NCBI GenBank assembly: GCA_963796275.1
Contig: CAWCKY010000003.1
Coordinates: 992,001 to 1,056,000 of the forward strand
Origin: an uncultured Acidobacteriota bacterium
GTDB lineage: Bacteria > Acidobacteriota > Blastocatellia > RBC074
DNA length: 64,000 bases
Direction: 5' to 3'
This document shows positions 44,983-55,285 of the stretch, one piece after another. The notes beneath the pieces are model-generated. The model was not told the origin of the DNA and ran no database searches. It was given only the letters and a program-made list of their open reading frames with translations. The translations under genes and the position numbers were made by a program. The stretch's first letter is position 1. Each line of letters starts with the position of its first letter.

Positions 44983-45969
44983 ATGAGACGATCAATTCGA
45001 CGCGAGTTATTCTGTATGCTCGCTTTCGTAATCATTTTTTCTGTTAGCTGCTCATCGCCGCAACCGGTTCAGAAACCCCCGAAGGCGGTTAAGACCGTTG
45101 CCTTCATTACAAATAACTCTTCCGATTACTGGAAGGCGGTGCGTAAGGGCTGCGAGAAAGCGGATGGAGAACTTCCCGATGTAAACCTCACCTTTAAGAT
45201 CGCATTTGGAGGAAAACCCTTCGAACAGCAAAGAATGATCAACGATGCGCTCAACATGGATGGCGCAGATGCCATTGCGGTCAGCCCGATTGACCCGTCA
45301 GAAGAGAAGTTTACGATCAATGGCGCTGCCAAGAGAGCGTTGTTGATAACACAGGATAGCGATGCGCCGGCGAGCGACCGCGCCTTATACGTCGGCGCCG
45401 ATAATGTTGCTGCCGGCCGTCAAGCGGGTGAACTTGTCAAGAAAGCATTACCCGAAGGCGGAAAGATCATGGTCTTCGTCGGCAAGCGCGAAGCTCAGAA
45501 TGCCCGAGACAGGTTCCAGGGATTGAAAGAAGCGCTCGAAGGTTCGAAAGTCGAGGTCCTCGATCTTTTGACCGACGACAACGACAAGGTTCAGGCCAAG
45601 GATAATGCGGCTACGACAATTCAAAAATATCCCGATATTGCCGGGATGGTCGGACTATGGTCTTACAACGGCCCCGCGATCCTCGAAGCGGTAAAAAGCG
45701 CGGATAAAGCCGGGAAGATCAAGATCATCTGTTTCGACGACGATAAGAACACGCTCGAAGGAATCAGAGCAGGATCGATCTTCGGGACCGTGGCGCAACA
45801 ACCCTATAAATACGGTTATGAGGCGATGCAGGTGATCGCCAAAATCCTGAGAGGCGATCGCTCGGTAATCCCCGAGGACAAAAAGATCATCATCCCACCG
45901 ATTATCATTCAGCGCGAGAATATCGATGATTACAGCAACAAAGCGCAGCAGCTGACCGCTGGCGGATGA
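44983..45969 (+). CDS. Sugar ABC transporter substrate-binding lipoprotein
   Basis: Lipobox SVSC; QDSDAP, YVGADN, QQPY. Confidence 0.88.
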   Translation: MRRSIRRELFCMLAFVIIFSVSCSSPQPVQKPPKAVKTVAFITNNSSDYWKAVRKGCEKADGELPDVNLTFKIAFGGKPFEQQRMINDALNMDGADAIAVSPIDPSEEKFTINGAAKRALLITQDSDAPASDRALYVGADNVAAGRQAGELVKKALPEGGKIMVFVGKREAQNARDRFQGLKEALEGSKVEVLDLLTDDNDKVQAKDNAATTIQKYPDIAGMVGLWSYNGPAILEAVKSADKAGKIKIICFDDDKNTLEGIRAGSIFGTVAQQPYKYGYEAMQVIAKILRGDRSVIPEDKKIIIPPIIIQRENIDDYSNKAQQLTAGG

Positions 45970-46113
45970 TGAAATAAAGTTGGCAATGAAAAATCACAAA
46001 AAGAACAAAGAATGCAATGGGTATCGTGCGTTAAATGACTTTTCCATTTTTATGTCTTTGTACTTTTTGTGATCTTTCTGGCGAATTTCCTGTTTTTGAA
46101 GTGCGCGCACTCC

Positions 46114-47520
46114 TCAGCTAACCACGAGCTTCTCAAGCGCAGCGATTAAATCTTTTTCTCCGGCCGGCGTCACAGTGCGCAGGTCTAACATCAATTGGTC
46201 ATTGACGATGCGGGCGATGACAGGCGGGTCGTTAATGCGCAGCCTCGCTTCCATTTCTACCGCGACCATCCGATCACTGGTAACGCCGATGAGCGTTGTC
46301 GGCAGTTCTGTTTCGGGCGCGGAGCCTCCTCCAGCTACTGAAAAACCGTCCATCAGGGTCAATTGCAGGGAGGGAATGGATTTTTTGGTCTGTCGAACCA
46401 GGGCGCTGGCACGGCGTGTGACGGCCTCCTTGGTTTCGTGCAGGGCGGAGAGCGCAGGGATTTCCTCGATCGCCCGGCCGCTCGCATATGAAGCTATCGT
46501 CGCTTCGAGCGCGGCATAGGTCAGCTTGTCGACGCGCAGCGCTCGCATCAGCGGATTACTTTTGATACGCCTGATCAGTTCAGCCTCGCCGAGAATGATT
46601 CCGGCCTGCGGCCCGCCCAGTAATTTGTCGCCGCTGAAAGCGAGGAGCGAGCAACCGGCTTTGAGTGAGGAAGCCACCGTCGGCTCACCATGAATTCCGA
46701 GCGATTCCAGGTCGATCAGACACCCGCTTCCCAGGTCCTCGAACAATGGCAGTTTGTACTCGCGCGCGAGTCGTGCGAGGTCTACCAGGGCTGGTTTCTC
46801 CGTGAATCCCACAATGCGGTAATTCGAGGGATGCGCGCGCAGAATGACCCGCGTGTCCGCGCCGATCGCGTTTCGGTAATCGGAGAGCCGCGTCCGGTTC
46901 GTCGTACCCACTTCGCGTATGCGCGCGCCCGATTTGGCGATCACATCGGGGATACGGAACGATCCGCCGATCTCGATCAGCTCGCCGCGGGAGATTATCA
47001 CCTCGCCCCCCTCTGCCAGCGTGTTCAATGCAATCAGCACTGCGGCCGCGCAGTTGTTGACGACGGCTGCCGCTTCGCAGTCGAGCAATTCGCAAAGTTG
47101 AGCCTGCAGTCCCGTGCCCCGCTTACCCCGTCTGCCGGTCTCCAGATTGTATTCGAGATTGCAGTAGTCTCCGCCGATCCGGTTGATTGCCGCGAGCGCA
47201 CTGTTACTGAGCGGAGCACGCCCAAGGTTGGTGTGAAGCACTACCCCGGTGGCATTGATGACGCGCTGCATCTGTGCCTGCCGCCGAATGGCGAAACGCG
47301 ATTGCAGTCGCATCTCGATTTCGGATGTGATTTTCATGGCATCGGCCGGCGAGGCTGCTTCGCCGTTAGCGCCGGCGATCTGCGTTCGTAATTCGGCGAT
47401 CACTTCGCGCAGTTCGTCACGTACCGCTTCGCGCCCGGCCTCGGCGATTAGAGTTTGCAGGCTGGCGCGCCGCAGCAACCGGTCAATCGATGGCAAATTG
47501 CGTAAGACATTCTCGATCAT
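46114..47520 (-). CDS. selA: L-seryl-tRNA(Sec) selenium transferase
   Basis: VINATGVVLHTNLGRA, EVGTTNRT, SGDKLLGGPQAG, RALRVDK. Confidence 0.96.
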   Translation of the reverse strand: MIENVLRNLPSIDRLLRRASLQTLIAEAGREAVRDELREVIAELRTQIAGANGEAASPADAMKITSEIEMRLQSRFAIRRQAQMQRVINATGVVLHTNLGRAPLSNSALAAINRIGGDYCNLEYNLETGRRGKRGTGLQAQLCELLDCEAAAVVNNCAAAVLIALNTLAEGGEVIISRGELIEIGGSFRIPDVIAKSGARIREVGTTNRTRLSDYRNAIGADTRVILRAHPSNYRIVGFTEKPALVDLARLAREYKLPLFEDLGSGCLIDLESLGIHGEPTVASSLKAGCSLLAFSGDKLLGGPQAGIILGEAELIRRIKSNPLMRALRVDKLTYAALEATIASYASGRAIEEIPALSALHETKEAVTRRASALVRQTKKSIPSLQLTLMDGFSVAGGGSAPETELPTTLIGVTSDRMVAVEMEARLRINDPPVIARIVNDQLMLDLRTVTPAGEKDLIAALEKLVVS

Positions 47521-47629
47521 TTCAAAACGCTAAAAAGTGACGGCAAAAGTGATTTTGACCAAGATTTATCCGACTTGGGGAGAGTCGCTAGGTCTTATCC
47601 ATTTAAGTTATCGATATTTTGCGGTTCAC

Positions 47630-48430
47630 TCAGCTCATAGTCGCAATAGTTTCGAGTATCCGATTGTGGATCACGCTGTTGCTCGCAATGATGCCGCGCA
47701 GATTGTGAAGCTCCGATCTGTTGTATTTCAGGGCTTCGCCTCGGATGTCGGTGACCGCGCCGCCGGCCTCGCGCAGAATAGCTTCAGGTCCGCAAGTGTC
47801 CCACTGGTTCGTACGTCCGCCCAGATGTAGGTAGAGATGCGCGCGTCCTTCGGCAATAAGACCGAATTTCAATCCGACGCTCCCGTGGCTTATTCGTTTG
47901 GTCACGCCCAAAGTCTCGCATATCCAGTCGATCCTGGGGCTGTGATGTGAGCGGCTTATTGCGAGCGTTAACTTTGAGGGATCATCGAGTTCCGCAACGC
48001 GCAATCGTTTGGTTGACCACTTCTCCTCAACGTATGCGCCTGTTCCGGGGGCAGCGTAGAACATCCGGTCGGGGGATGGGTGGTAGACGACCCCCAATTT
48101 AGCCACGCCATCGATCGCCAGCCCGATCATGACGGCAAATTCATCGATGCGGTCGATGAACTGCTTCGTGCCGTCCATCGGATCGACCATCCAGACTCGA
48201 TCGTATTTCAAGCGCGACAGGTCGTCGGGAATTTCCTCCGAGAGTACCGCATCGTGCGGGAATTGGCGGTGCAGCTCGCGTACCAGCAGTTCGTTGGCTG
48301 CATGGTCTGCCGCGGTCACGGGATCATTGTGGCCCTTCCAGTGCACCTGTGCGCCATTTTGATAATAGTCCAAAAGAATACGCCCGGCTTCGCGAGCCAG
48401 GCTTTTCGCTGTCTCCAGTTCTTTCTCCAT
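47630..48430 (-). CDS. cysQ: 3'(2'),5'-bisphosphate nucleotidase
   Basis: PVTAAD, SEE, VDPMDGT, SRSH, WDT. Confidence 0.85.
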   Translation of the reverse strand: MEKELETAKSLAREAGRILLDYYQNGAQVHWKGHNDPVTAADHAANELLVRELHRQFPHDAVLSEEIPDDLSRLKYDRVWMVDPMDGTKQFIDRIDEFAVMIGLAIDGVAKLGVVYHPSPDRMFYAAPGTGAYVEEKWSTKRLRVAELDDPSKLTLAISRSHHSPRIDWICETLGVTKRISHGSVGLKFGLIAEGRAHLYLHLGGRTNQWDTCGPEAILREAGGAVTDIRGEALKYNRSELHNLRGIIASNSVIHNRILETIATMS

Positions 48431-48656
48431 AATTCCTTCACTAAACTCGCGCGCGAACGCATTCGCTCACGAGTTTACGATGTCCCACGCCCTGTTTGTG
48501 ATGGTCTTAACTTTTGCTCTTCTTGAAGCTTAACCCATAGCCCTCAAATCTCAAATCACAAATTTGAAATTTGACAAGGCCAATTGCCCTTCCTATACTC
48601 GCGCCGTCCTCGAAAATCGCTTGTCTCTCGTATGAAACCGGTGGGGAGCAGTAGCA

Positions 48657-49283
48657 ATGAAAATCTACGACGTAACAGTCGCCATCTCGAATGATCTCCC
48701 GGTATATCCAGGCGATCCGGCCATCAACATCACCCGTACACAATCGCTTGAGAAAGGCGACGTGGCGCGCGTATCACATCTGAGTTTCAGCACGCATATC
48801 GGTACGCACATCGACCCGCCATCTCACTTTATAATGGATGGCATCTCGCTCGATCGGGTTCCGTTGGAAGTTCTAATCGGACCGGCGCGGGTCATCGACG
48901 CCGGAAATGTCGAATCGATAGATAAATCCGCACTCGAGCGCGCGGACCTCAATGGCGCGACGCGTGTGATCTTCAAGACGCGCAACTCACGTTTCTGGCG
49001 CGAGTCCCAGGTTTTTCGCGAAGATTTCGTCTACTTGGAAACCGAAGCGGCCGAACTGCTGGTCAAGCGCGGAGTGCAGCTGGTCGGCATCGACTATCTT
49101 TCCATCGAAAAGTTTAACTTCGATCGACCGACGACGCATTGGACATTGCTCGGCAATAATGTTGTGATTGTAGAGGGGTTGGACCTGAGCGAAGTCCCTC
49201 CCGGCGACTACGAATTGATCTGCCTGCCGCTCAAAATTAAGGACGGTGATGGCGGACCGGCGCGGGTCGTGTTACGTGGTTGA
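48657..49283 (+). CDS. Cyclase family protein (kynurenine formamidase-like)
   Basis: HIGTHIDPPSH, GIDYLS, DGGPAR. Confidence 0.9.
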   Translation: MKIYDVTVAISNDLPVYPGDPAINITRTQSLEKGDVARVSHLSFSTHIGTHIDPPSHFIMDGISLDRVPLEVLIGPARVIDAGNVESIDKSALERADLNGATRVIFKTRNSRFWRESQVFREDFVYLETEAAELLVKRGVQLVGIDYLSIEKFNFDRPTTHWTLLGNNVVIVEGLDLSEVPPGDYELICLPLKIKDGDGGPARVVLRG

Positions 49284-49345
49284 TTGGTAATGTTAGAAAC
49301 GAATTAGGCGAAACTGGCAGAAAGACAAAATACGCGAATTCTCCA

Positions 49346-49759
49346 ATGAAGGAGACAAAAAAGAAAATCTTCGAGAGCCACGCAAAAGATTCCCCAGCTT
49401 ACCGTGAGCTCGTTTACCGCCTCGTTCTGCGCATTCCGTCCGGACGCGTGATGAGTTACGGTCTCGTAGCCCGCGTGCTGGGCGCCGGTTATGACGCGCG
49501 TGCCATCGGCAACGTCATGTTTGCGACCCCTCAGGATGGCCGCCATATCCCCTGGCATCGTGTCATCAATTCACAAGGCGGCTGCTCTACCGCCGGCAGG
49601 ACATTGCCACCCGATCTGCAAATGAGATTGCTCGAAGCGGAAGGCATTGTCTTCAACGATAAGGGGCGTTGCGCAATAGTGAAATATCTCTGGATGCCGC
49701 CCGAGTACGAGGAAGAAGCTAAGACGGGAACATCCGACCAGGAAAACTTATTCGGTTGA
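49346..49759 (+). CDS. Alkyltransferase-like (ATL/MGMT-family) protein
   Basis: IPSGRVMSYG, PWHRVIN (Trp in place of catalytic Cys). Confidence 0.88.
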   Translation: MKETKKKIFESHAKDSPAYRELVYRLVLRIPSGRVMSYGLVARVLGAGYDARAIGNVMFATPQDGRHIPWHRVINSQGGCSTAGRTLPPDLQMRLLEAEGIVFNDKGRCAIVKYLWMPPEYEEEAKTGTSDQENLFG

Positions 49760-49788
49760 GTGCTCATCCACTTAACAGGAGTTCCGTA

Positions 49789-50460
49789 ATGCATGCTAAA
49801 AGTTTTGTACGCATAGCAACGCCTGCTCTTGGGCTGATCAGCATCGTTGCCGGGTTATTGATTTACAATCAAACATCTTCGGCACAGCGCTCCCGGCTAC
49901 AACCGAAAACGCGCATCTACACGATCGATCAGGTGAGCAGCCGAATCATGGTGCAACTCACGCATGAGGGATTTATCGCCAAAATGCGCCCGCGCAATGA
50001 GGTGGCCGTTAAGAGCTTCAACGGCAAGGTCCAGGTACCACTCAATAATGAATCCGAAATCGCCGTTGTGCTCGAATCCGAAGTGAGATCGATGACGAAT
50101 GTCGATAAAGACATGAGCGAATTCGAGCGCAAGGAGTTTCACAATATCTTGCATAATGCCGTGCTCGAATCGGAGAAATTCCCGACCATCAAGTTCGCCT
50201 CTATCTCCGTCACCGATGTGCGGGGAACGAACGAGGAGCGCAGCTTCACTCTCAACGGCGACCTGACCATCCGGGAATCTACCAGGCGTATCGCCATTCC
50301 GGTCAACGTGACGGTCAGTGATCAGGAGCTGCGGGCAACGGGCGAGGGGATAATCAAACAATCCGAGTTCGGAATCAAACCTTATACCGGCGGCTTCGGC
50401 GCGATCAAAATCGCGGATGAGGTGAAAGTAAATTTTGTAATCGTGGCTAAAACTTCTTGA
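49789..50460 (+). CDS. YceI-family protein
   Basis: LESEKFPTIKF, LNGDLTI, QSEFGIKP. Confidence 0.85.
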   Translation: MHAKSFVRIATPALGLISIVAGLLIYNQTSSAQRSRLQPKTRIYTIDQVSSRIMVQLTHEGFIAKMRPRNEVAVKSFNGKVQVPLNNESEIAVVLESEVRSMTNVDKDMSEFERKEFHNILHNAVLESEKFPTIKFASISVTDVRGTNEERSFTLNGDLTIRESTRRIAIPVNVTVSDQELRATGEGIIKQSEFGIKPYTGGFGAIKIADEVKVNFVIVAKTS

Positions 50461-50479
50461 ACGATGGAGTGAAACTTTG

Positions 50480-51115
50480 ATGAGTACGATCAGGCAGATG
50501 ATAGTCTTGTTCCTTTTATTATCAGTGATGATGCCACTGGCGGCTTACGCACAAACGAACTCGCGCAGTTACACGATCTCCGCCGGTGAGAGCAATTTGT
50601 GGGTGTTCGTCGGGAAAGCCGGATTCTTCAGCACATTCGGGCATGATCATGAGATCGGCATCAAGTCGTTTGGCGGTCGAATCGACCTCCCACATTTAGG
50701 GGCGAGCGGGGGCTCGCTCGAGGTCGAGATAGAAACAAAATCATTCGTCGTGCTCGATAAGGAGTCCAGCGAAAATGATCGCGCCAAGATCTTTGATGCC
50801 ATGCATAAAGAGGTGATCGAGTCGGAAAAGTTTCAGAAGATAACATTCAGGTCAGTCTCGGTTTCTGATTTGAAACCGGCCGGGGAGGGAAACTATAGTT
50901 TGACTTTGAACGGCGATCTGACATTGCACGGTGTGACGAAGCGAATTGCTGTACCGGCGACGGCGAGCATCACACCTGAGCAGGTTCGCGCAGTCGGCAA
51001 GTACACGCTCAAACAGACCGATTATGGGATCAAAATCTACTCGGCGGGGGGCGGAACGGTTAAAGTCAAAAATGAAGTGGTGGTTAATTTCAACATCGTG
51101 GCGAAAGCGTTATAG
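50480..51115 (+). CDS. YceI-family protein (tandem paralogue)
   Basis: GHDH, ESEKFQKITF, GDLTLHGVTK, QTDYGIK. Confidence 0.87.
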   Translation: MSTIRQMIVLFLLLSVMMPLAAYAQTNSRSYTISAGESNLWVFVGKAGFFSTFGHDHEIGIKSFGGRIDLPHLGASGGSLEVEIETKSFVVLDKESSENDRAKIFDAMHKEVIESEKFQKITFRSVSVSDLKPAGEGNYSLTLNGDLTLHGVTKRIAVPATASITPEQVRAVGKYTLKQTDYGIKIYSAGGGTVKVKNEVVVNFNIVAKAL

Positions 51116-51232
51116 AAACGTGATTCAGAGCGCGCGCTAGGCTTATAGACAGGTATAGATAAGGTTGACAGGATTTTAAGAGATTACGGAATCCAATCAT
51201 CCTGTTAATCCCGTCGAAATTCGAGGGGGAAG

Positions 51233-52789
51233 ATGGCCCAACGAATCGGTATCGAAATTCCACAGATCATCGAAGTTTACAGTCCCGCTACTTCGGAGAA
51301 GCTCGGCGAGGTCGCTGTCAATACTCCTCCTGAAGTAGGCGCGGCAGCCCTGCGTGCGCGCCAGGCATTTCGCGTCTGGGGCGCGCTCGATATGAGACAG
51401 CGTGCAGAGGTCATGCTCACTGCGCGCGACCTTTTCGTCACACGGCGTGAAGAGCTGATCGAATTGATCTGCGCCGAAAACGGGAAACCGCGACTCGAGG
51501 CGCTGGTTGAGATCACATATGTTTGCGATGTAATCACATTTTATGCCAGGCAGGCGCGCCGGTTTCTCAAACCACAGCGCGTCACGCCACATCTGCTGCG
51601 CAACAAAAAAGTCACCGTTCATTACCAGCCGCGCGGTGTCATCGGGATGATCACCCCCTGGAATTTTCCGCTCATCTTGACTATCGGCGAAGCGATCCCG
51701 GCACTGTTGTCGGGGAACGCCGTGATCATCAAACCGTCGGAATGGACTCCCCTGATCGCTATGCGCGGCGCCCGCCTGATCCACGATGCCTTTCAGGCGC
51801 ACCGCCTGCCGGCGGACATCCTGCAGATCGTCAATGGCTATGGTGAGACGGGGGGCGTACTGGTCGATGAGGCCGATATGATCGCATTCACCGGCAGCGT
51901 ACGTACCGGCCAGGCAGTCGCCGCCCGCGCGGCGCGGCGTCTGATCCCGGTTAGCCTGGAACTGGGCGGTAAGGATCCGATGATCGTTCTGCGCGATGCC
52001 GATCTCGAACGAGCCGCGAACGCGGCAGTCTGGGGGGCATTCACCAACTCCGGTCAGGTCTGCATCTCGGTCGAGCGAGTTTACGTCGAAGACGCGATCG
52101 CAGATGAATTCACACGACGCGTGGTCGCGAAGACAAGGGTCTTACGGCAGGGGGTTGATTCAATCGGAAGCGACCAACGCATCGATGTGGGAGCTATGAC
52201 ATTTCCGAAACAGATAGAAATAATCGAAGAGCAGATCGCCGATGCCAGGGCTCGCGGCGCGCACATCCTCATCGGCGGGCGGCGCAACGAGAGCCTGGAA
52301 GGTCGTTATTTCGAGCCGACGGTACTCACGAACGTCGATCATTCGATGAAGATCATGACAGAGGAGACGTTCGGCCCGGTGCTTCCGATTATGCGCGTCC
52401 GCGATGAGGGAGAGGCATTGCGGCTGGCCAATGACTCGGTCTACGGCCTCAATGCCAGCGTGTTCACACGCGACCGTGCGAGAGGAGAACGCCTGGCCGG
52501 GAAGATCGAGGCGGGGATGACGTGCGTCAACGATGTGCTCGCGGGGTTTGGCGTGACGGATGCGCCTTCGGGGGGCTTGAAAGCGAGCGGCATCGGGAAA
52601 CGCCATGGGCCTGAAGGCATTCGTCGCTTCTGCCATCAACAGGTGATCGTCACCGATCGCTTCGGGATGAATAGCGAACCGTTCTGGTTTCCTTACAGCG
52701 CGAAGACAGAACGGCTCCTGTCGCGCGCGCTCGGCCTGATGTTCTCATCGGGTTTTCGATCCAAACTGAAATCCTTACTGAGTAAATAA
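51233..52789 (+). CDS. Aldehyde dehydrogenase
   Basis: PWNFP, FTGS, LELGGKDP, GQVC, EETFGP. Confidence 0.94.
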   Translation: MAQRIGIEIPQIIEVYSPATSEKLGEVAVNTPPEVGAAALRARQAFRVWGALDMRQRAEVMLTARDLFVTRREELIELICAENGKPRLEALVEITYVCDVITFYARQARRFLKPQRVTPHLLRNKKVTVHYQPRGVIGMITPWNFPLILTIGEAIPALLSGNAVIIKPSEWTPLIAMRGARLIHDAFQAHRLPADILQIVNGYGETGGVLVDEADMIAFTGSVRTGQAVAARAARRLIPVSLELGGKDPMIVLRDADLERAANAAVWGAFTNSGQVCISVERVYVEDAIADEFTRRVVAKTRVLRQGVDSIGSDQRIDVGAMTFPKQIEIIEEQIADARARGAHILIGGRRNESLEGRYFEPTVLTNVDHSMKIMTEETFGPVLPIMRVRDEGEALRLANDSVYGLNASVFTRDRARGERLAGKIEAGMTCVNDVLAGFGVTDAPSGGLKASGIGKRHGPEGIRRFCHQQVIVTDRFGMNSEPFWFPYSAKTERLLSRALGLMFSSGFRSKLKSLLSK

Positions 52790-53733
52790 TGATAAAACGT
52801 CTGGCGAACCCTCGCATCGCTATCTTGCTCGTTATTTCTGCAATATTTTTGGTTATACCCATCGCCGGAAAATTGCAGAACCAATCCTCACGATCCATCT
52901 TGACTCGACCTACACCACCATCAGATCAGCGTGTTCAATACGGCAAAGACCCTCTGCAGTTCGGCGATCTACGTTTACCCAAGGGCTCGGGCCCGCACCC
53001 GGTTGCCATCATAATTCACGGCGGGTGCTGGTTGTCGGAGTACGGGCTTTCGTATATGAGTCACCTCGCCGGCGATCTGACCGGGGCCGGAATTGCGACG
53101 TGGAACCTGGAATACCGCCGCGTCGGAGACGACGGTGGCGGATGGCCGGGCACCTTTCAAGATGTGGCGCTCGGCGCCGATCATTTGCGAGCGCTGGCGA
53201 AGACCTATCCGCTCGATCTCAACCGCACCATTGCAATAGGTCATTCCGCTGGCGGTCATCTGGGCTTATGGCTGGCGGCACGCAAACAGTTATCCAAAGA
53301 GAGCTCGCTCTATGCGGCGGATCCTTTGCCATTGCTAGGCATCGTGGGCCTGGCAGCCATCCCGGACTTGAGCGCGACCGGGACAGCTTGCGATCAATCA
53401 GTCCTCCAGTTGATGGGCGGTCCCCCGGATGAAGTGCGCTCTCGTTATCGACAGACATCGCCCATCGAATTGCTGCCGCTCGGAGTCAGGCAGATATTAT
53501 TCCATGGAGAAATGGACAACCTCGTGCCGGCTGCAATGTCAAAGGAATACGCCGAAGCCGCAAAAGGTAAAGGCGACGACGTCAAACTTATAATGATCGA
53601 GAATGCGAGCCATTTTGAACCCGTGGATCCATCGTCATCCGCGTGGCCTGGAGTGAAAGAAGAGGTTTCCAAGTTATTGAAACTTATTGAAACGCCACAA
53701 AAAACACGAACAGAAAAAAATCACAAAAGCTAA
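52789..53733 (+). CDS. Alpha/beta hydrolase (esterase/lipase)
   Basis: HGGCW, GHSAGG, D..VP, catalytic His. Confidence 0.9.
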   Translation: MIKRLANPRIAILLVISAIFLVIPIAGKLQNQSSRSILTRPTPPSDQRVQYGKDPLQFGDLRLPKGSGPHPVAIIIHGGCWLSEYGLSYMSHLAGDLTGAGIATWNLEYRRVGDDGGGWPGTFQDVALGADHLRALAKTYPLDLNRTIAIGHSAGGHLGLWLAARKQLSKESSLYAADPLPLLGIVGLAAIPDLSATGTACDQSVLQLMGGPPDEVRSRYRQTSPIELLPLGVRQILFHGEMDNLVPAAMSKEYAEAAKGKGDDVKLIMIENASHFEPVDPSSSAWPGVKEEVSKLLKLIETPQKTRTEKNHKS

Positions 53734-53790
53734 GAAGAAGCAGAGTCCTTTTTATGTTTGTGGTGTATTTGTGGCGCACCTCATCGGAAA

Positions 53791-54915
53791 ATGCCAGCTG
53801 TGGGACAGGTACTTCACATAGCCTTTATGCTTGCGGTTTTGCCGCTGTTTCAGCATCCGGCGGAAGTCGCTGCCCGATTCAATCGTGCGGTCGAGCTACA
53901 GCGACAGGGCGCGCTGGAAGAGGCAGCCGCCGAGTATCGGACCGTGATAAAGTCGGCTCCGGATTATGCAGAAGCACACGCAAATCTCGGCTCGGTAATG
54001 TCGCGCCTGGGGAAATATGACGAAGCCATCGCGGGATATGAGGCTGCTCTCCGCATCAATCCGCAACTCAAACCCATTCTGCTCAACCTCGGCATAGCGC
54101 ACTACCGGGCAGGCAGGTTCGCGAAGGCGGTGGAAAATCTTGAAAAGTTTCTCCAGACAATACCGGATCATCTGCAGGCACGCCAGCTTCTCGGCATCTC
54201 GCTGGTCGCGATCGGGCGCGATGCGGATGGAGTAGCGCAACTTGAACCTCTATCGAAGGCTACCGATGATCCGACCACCCTCTATAGCCTGGGGCTGGCC
54301 TATTTGCGCCTCAATCGATCTGATTTAAAAGCGATCATCTCACAACTAGCTGCTTCCTCTGCCGGCAAACCCTTGAGTCTTCTGCTCCGCGGGCAATGGC
54401 TGCTGGGTAAACTCGAATTCAAACAGGCGGCAGAGGAACTGGAAGCGGCCGCAAAATTCGACCCCGATCTGCCGCGACTGCAGTACTCACTTGGGCTTAG
54501 TTATCTCAAAATCGGCCGTTCGCAGGAAGCCCGCGCATGCTTTGAACGCGAACTTCGCCAATCTCCTCAGGATTTTTCGTATCTCTTCTATTCGGCTTAT
54601 GCCCATGAATTATCGGGAGAGCTCGAAGTCGCACGCCGGCGCAGCGAAGAAGCCTTGAAACTGGAGCCCTCGTCGCCGGAAGCGAATACTTTGCTCGGTA
54701 AGATCCTGTTAAAACAGGGGAAAGCTGCCGACGCGGTCGCGCCGCTTGAATCCGCAGTCGCAAATGACCCCGCGGATTCGGAGAAGCGTTACCTGCTCGC
54801 CCGCGTCTACCAGCAGCTCGGCCGACGGAAGGATGCGGCGCGCGAACTCGCCGAGGTTCAACGCCTGAAAAATAAGGCGCTTGAACAGGAAAAGACCCAC
54901 GGTAAAAAGCCGTAA
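53791..54915 (+). CDS. Exported TPR protein
   Basis: Multiple TPRs (EAHANLG, LNLGIAHY, RYLLARVY). Confidence 0.88.
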   Translation: MPAVGQVLHIAFMLAVLPLFQHPAEVAARFNRAVELQRQGALEEAAAEYRTVIKSAPDYAEAHANLGSVMSRLGKYDEAIAGYEAALRINPQLKPILLNLGIAHYRAGRFAKAVENLEKFLQTIPDHLQARQLLGISLVAIGRDADGVAQLEPLSKATDDPTTLYSLGLAYLRLNRSDLKAIISQLAASSAGKPLSLLLRGQWLLGKLEFKQAAEELEAAAKFDPDLPRLQYSLGLSYLKIGRSQEARACFERELRQSPQDFSYLFYSAYAHELSGELEVARRRSEEALKLEPSSPEANTLLGKILLKQGKAADAVAPLESAVANDPADSEKRYLLARVYQQLGRRKDAARELAEVQRLKNKALEQEKTHGKKP

Positions 54916-55023
54916 AATATCTAATTACAGAATTTAATACCGAGCGACTTCAAATTAAGATTAATATATCGCTCAATGAGGAGATTATATAAATTATAGA
55001 TACAATCTTTTTTATCTAAATCC

Positions 55024-55052
55024 TTGACAGTATTTAATGTCAAACAGATAAT
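55024..55052 (+). promoter_or_regulatory. Sigma-70 promoter with overlapping palindromic operator
   Basis: TTGACA-N17-GATAAT; TTGACA-N8-TGTCAA inverted repeat. Confidence 0.65.
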
Positions 55053-55285
55053 CGAATAAGCCGATAATACCAATCATAAAAGCTCGGGATCCTCAAATAG
55101 TCGGCAAGCTGGGATGGCTGGACGAAGACAAACCTGAAGTTTCTGATCCATAAAAATCTGAAAGAATCTGCTTCAAAAAGACAGAAAGCAGCTGACTGCG
55201 AATAATCCGCAGAACAGTATATTTACAATTTGGCGTTCATCCCAAATCGATTCGGGTGTTCGTCTTTGATTCGATGGAGGAGAGC

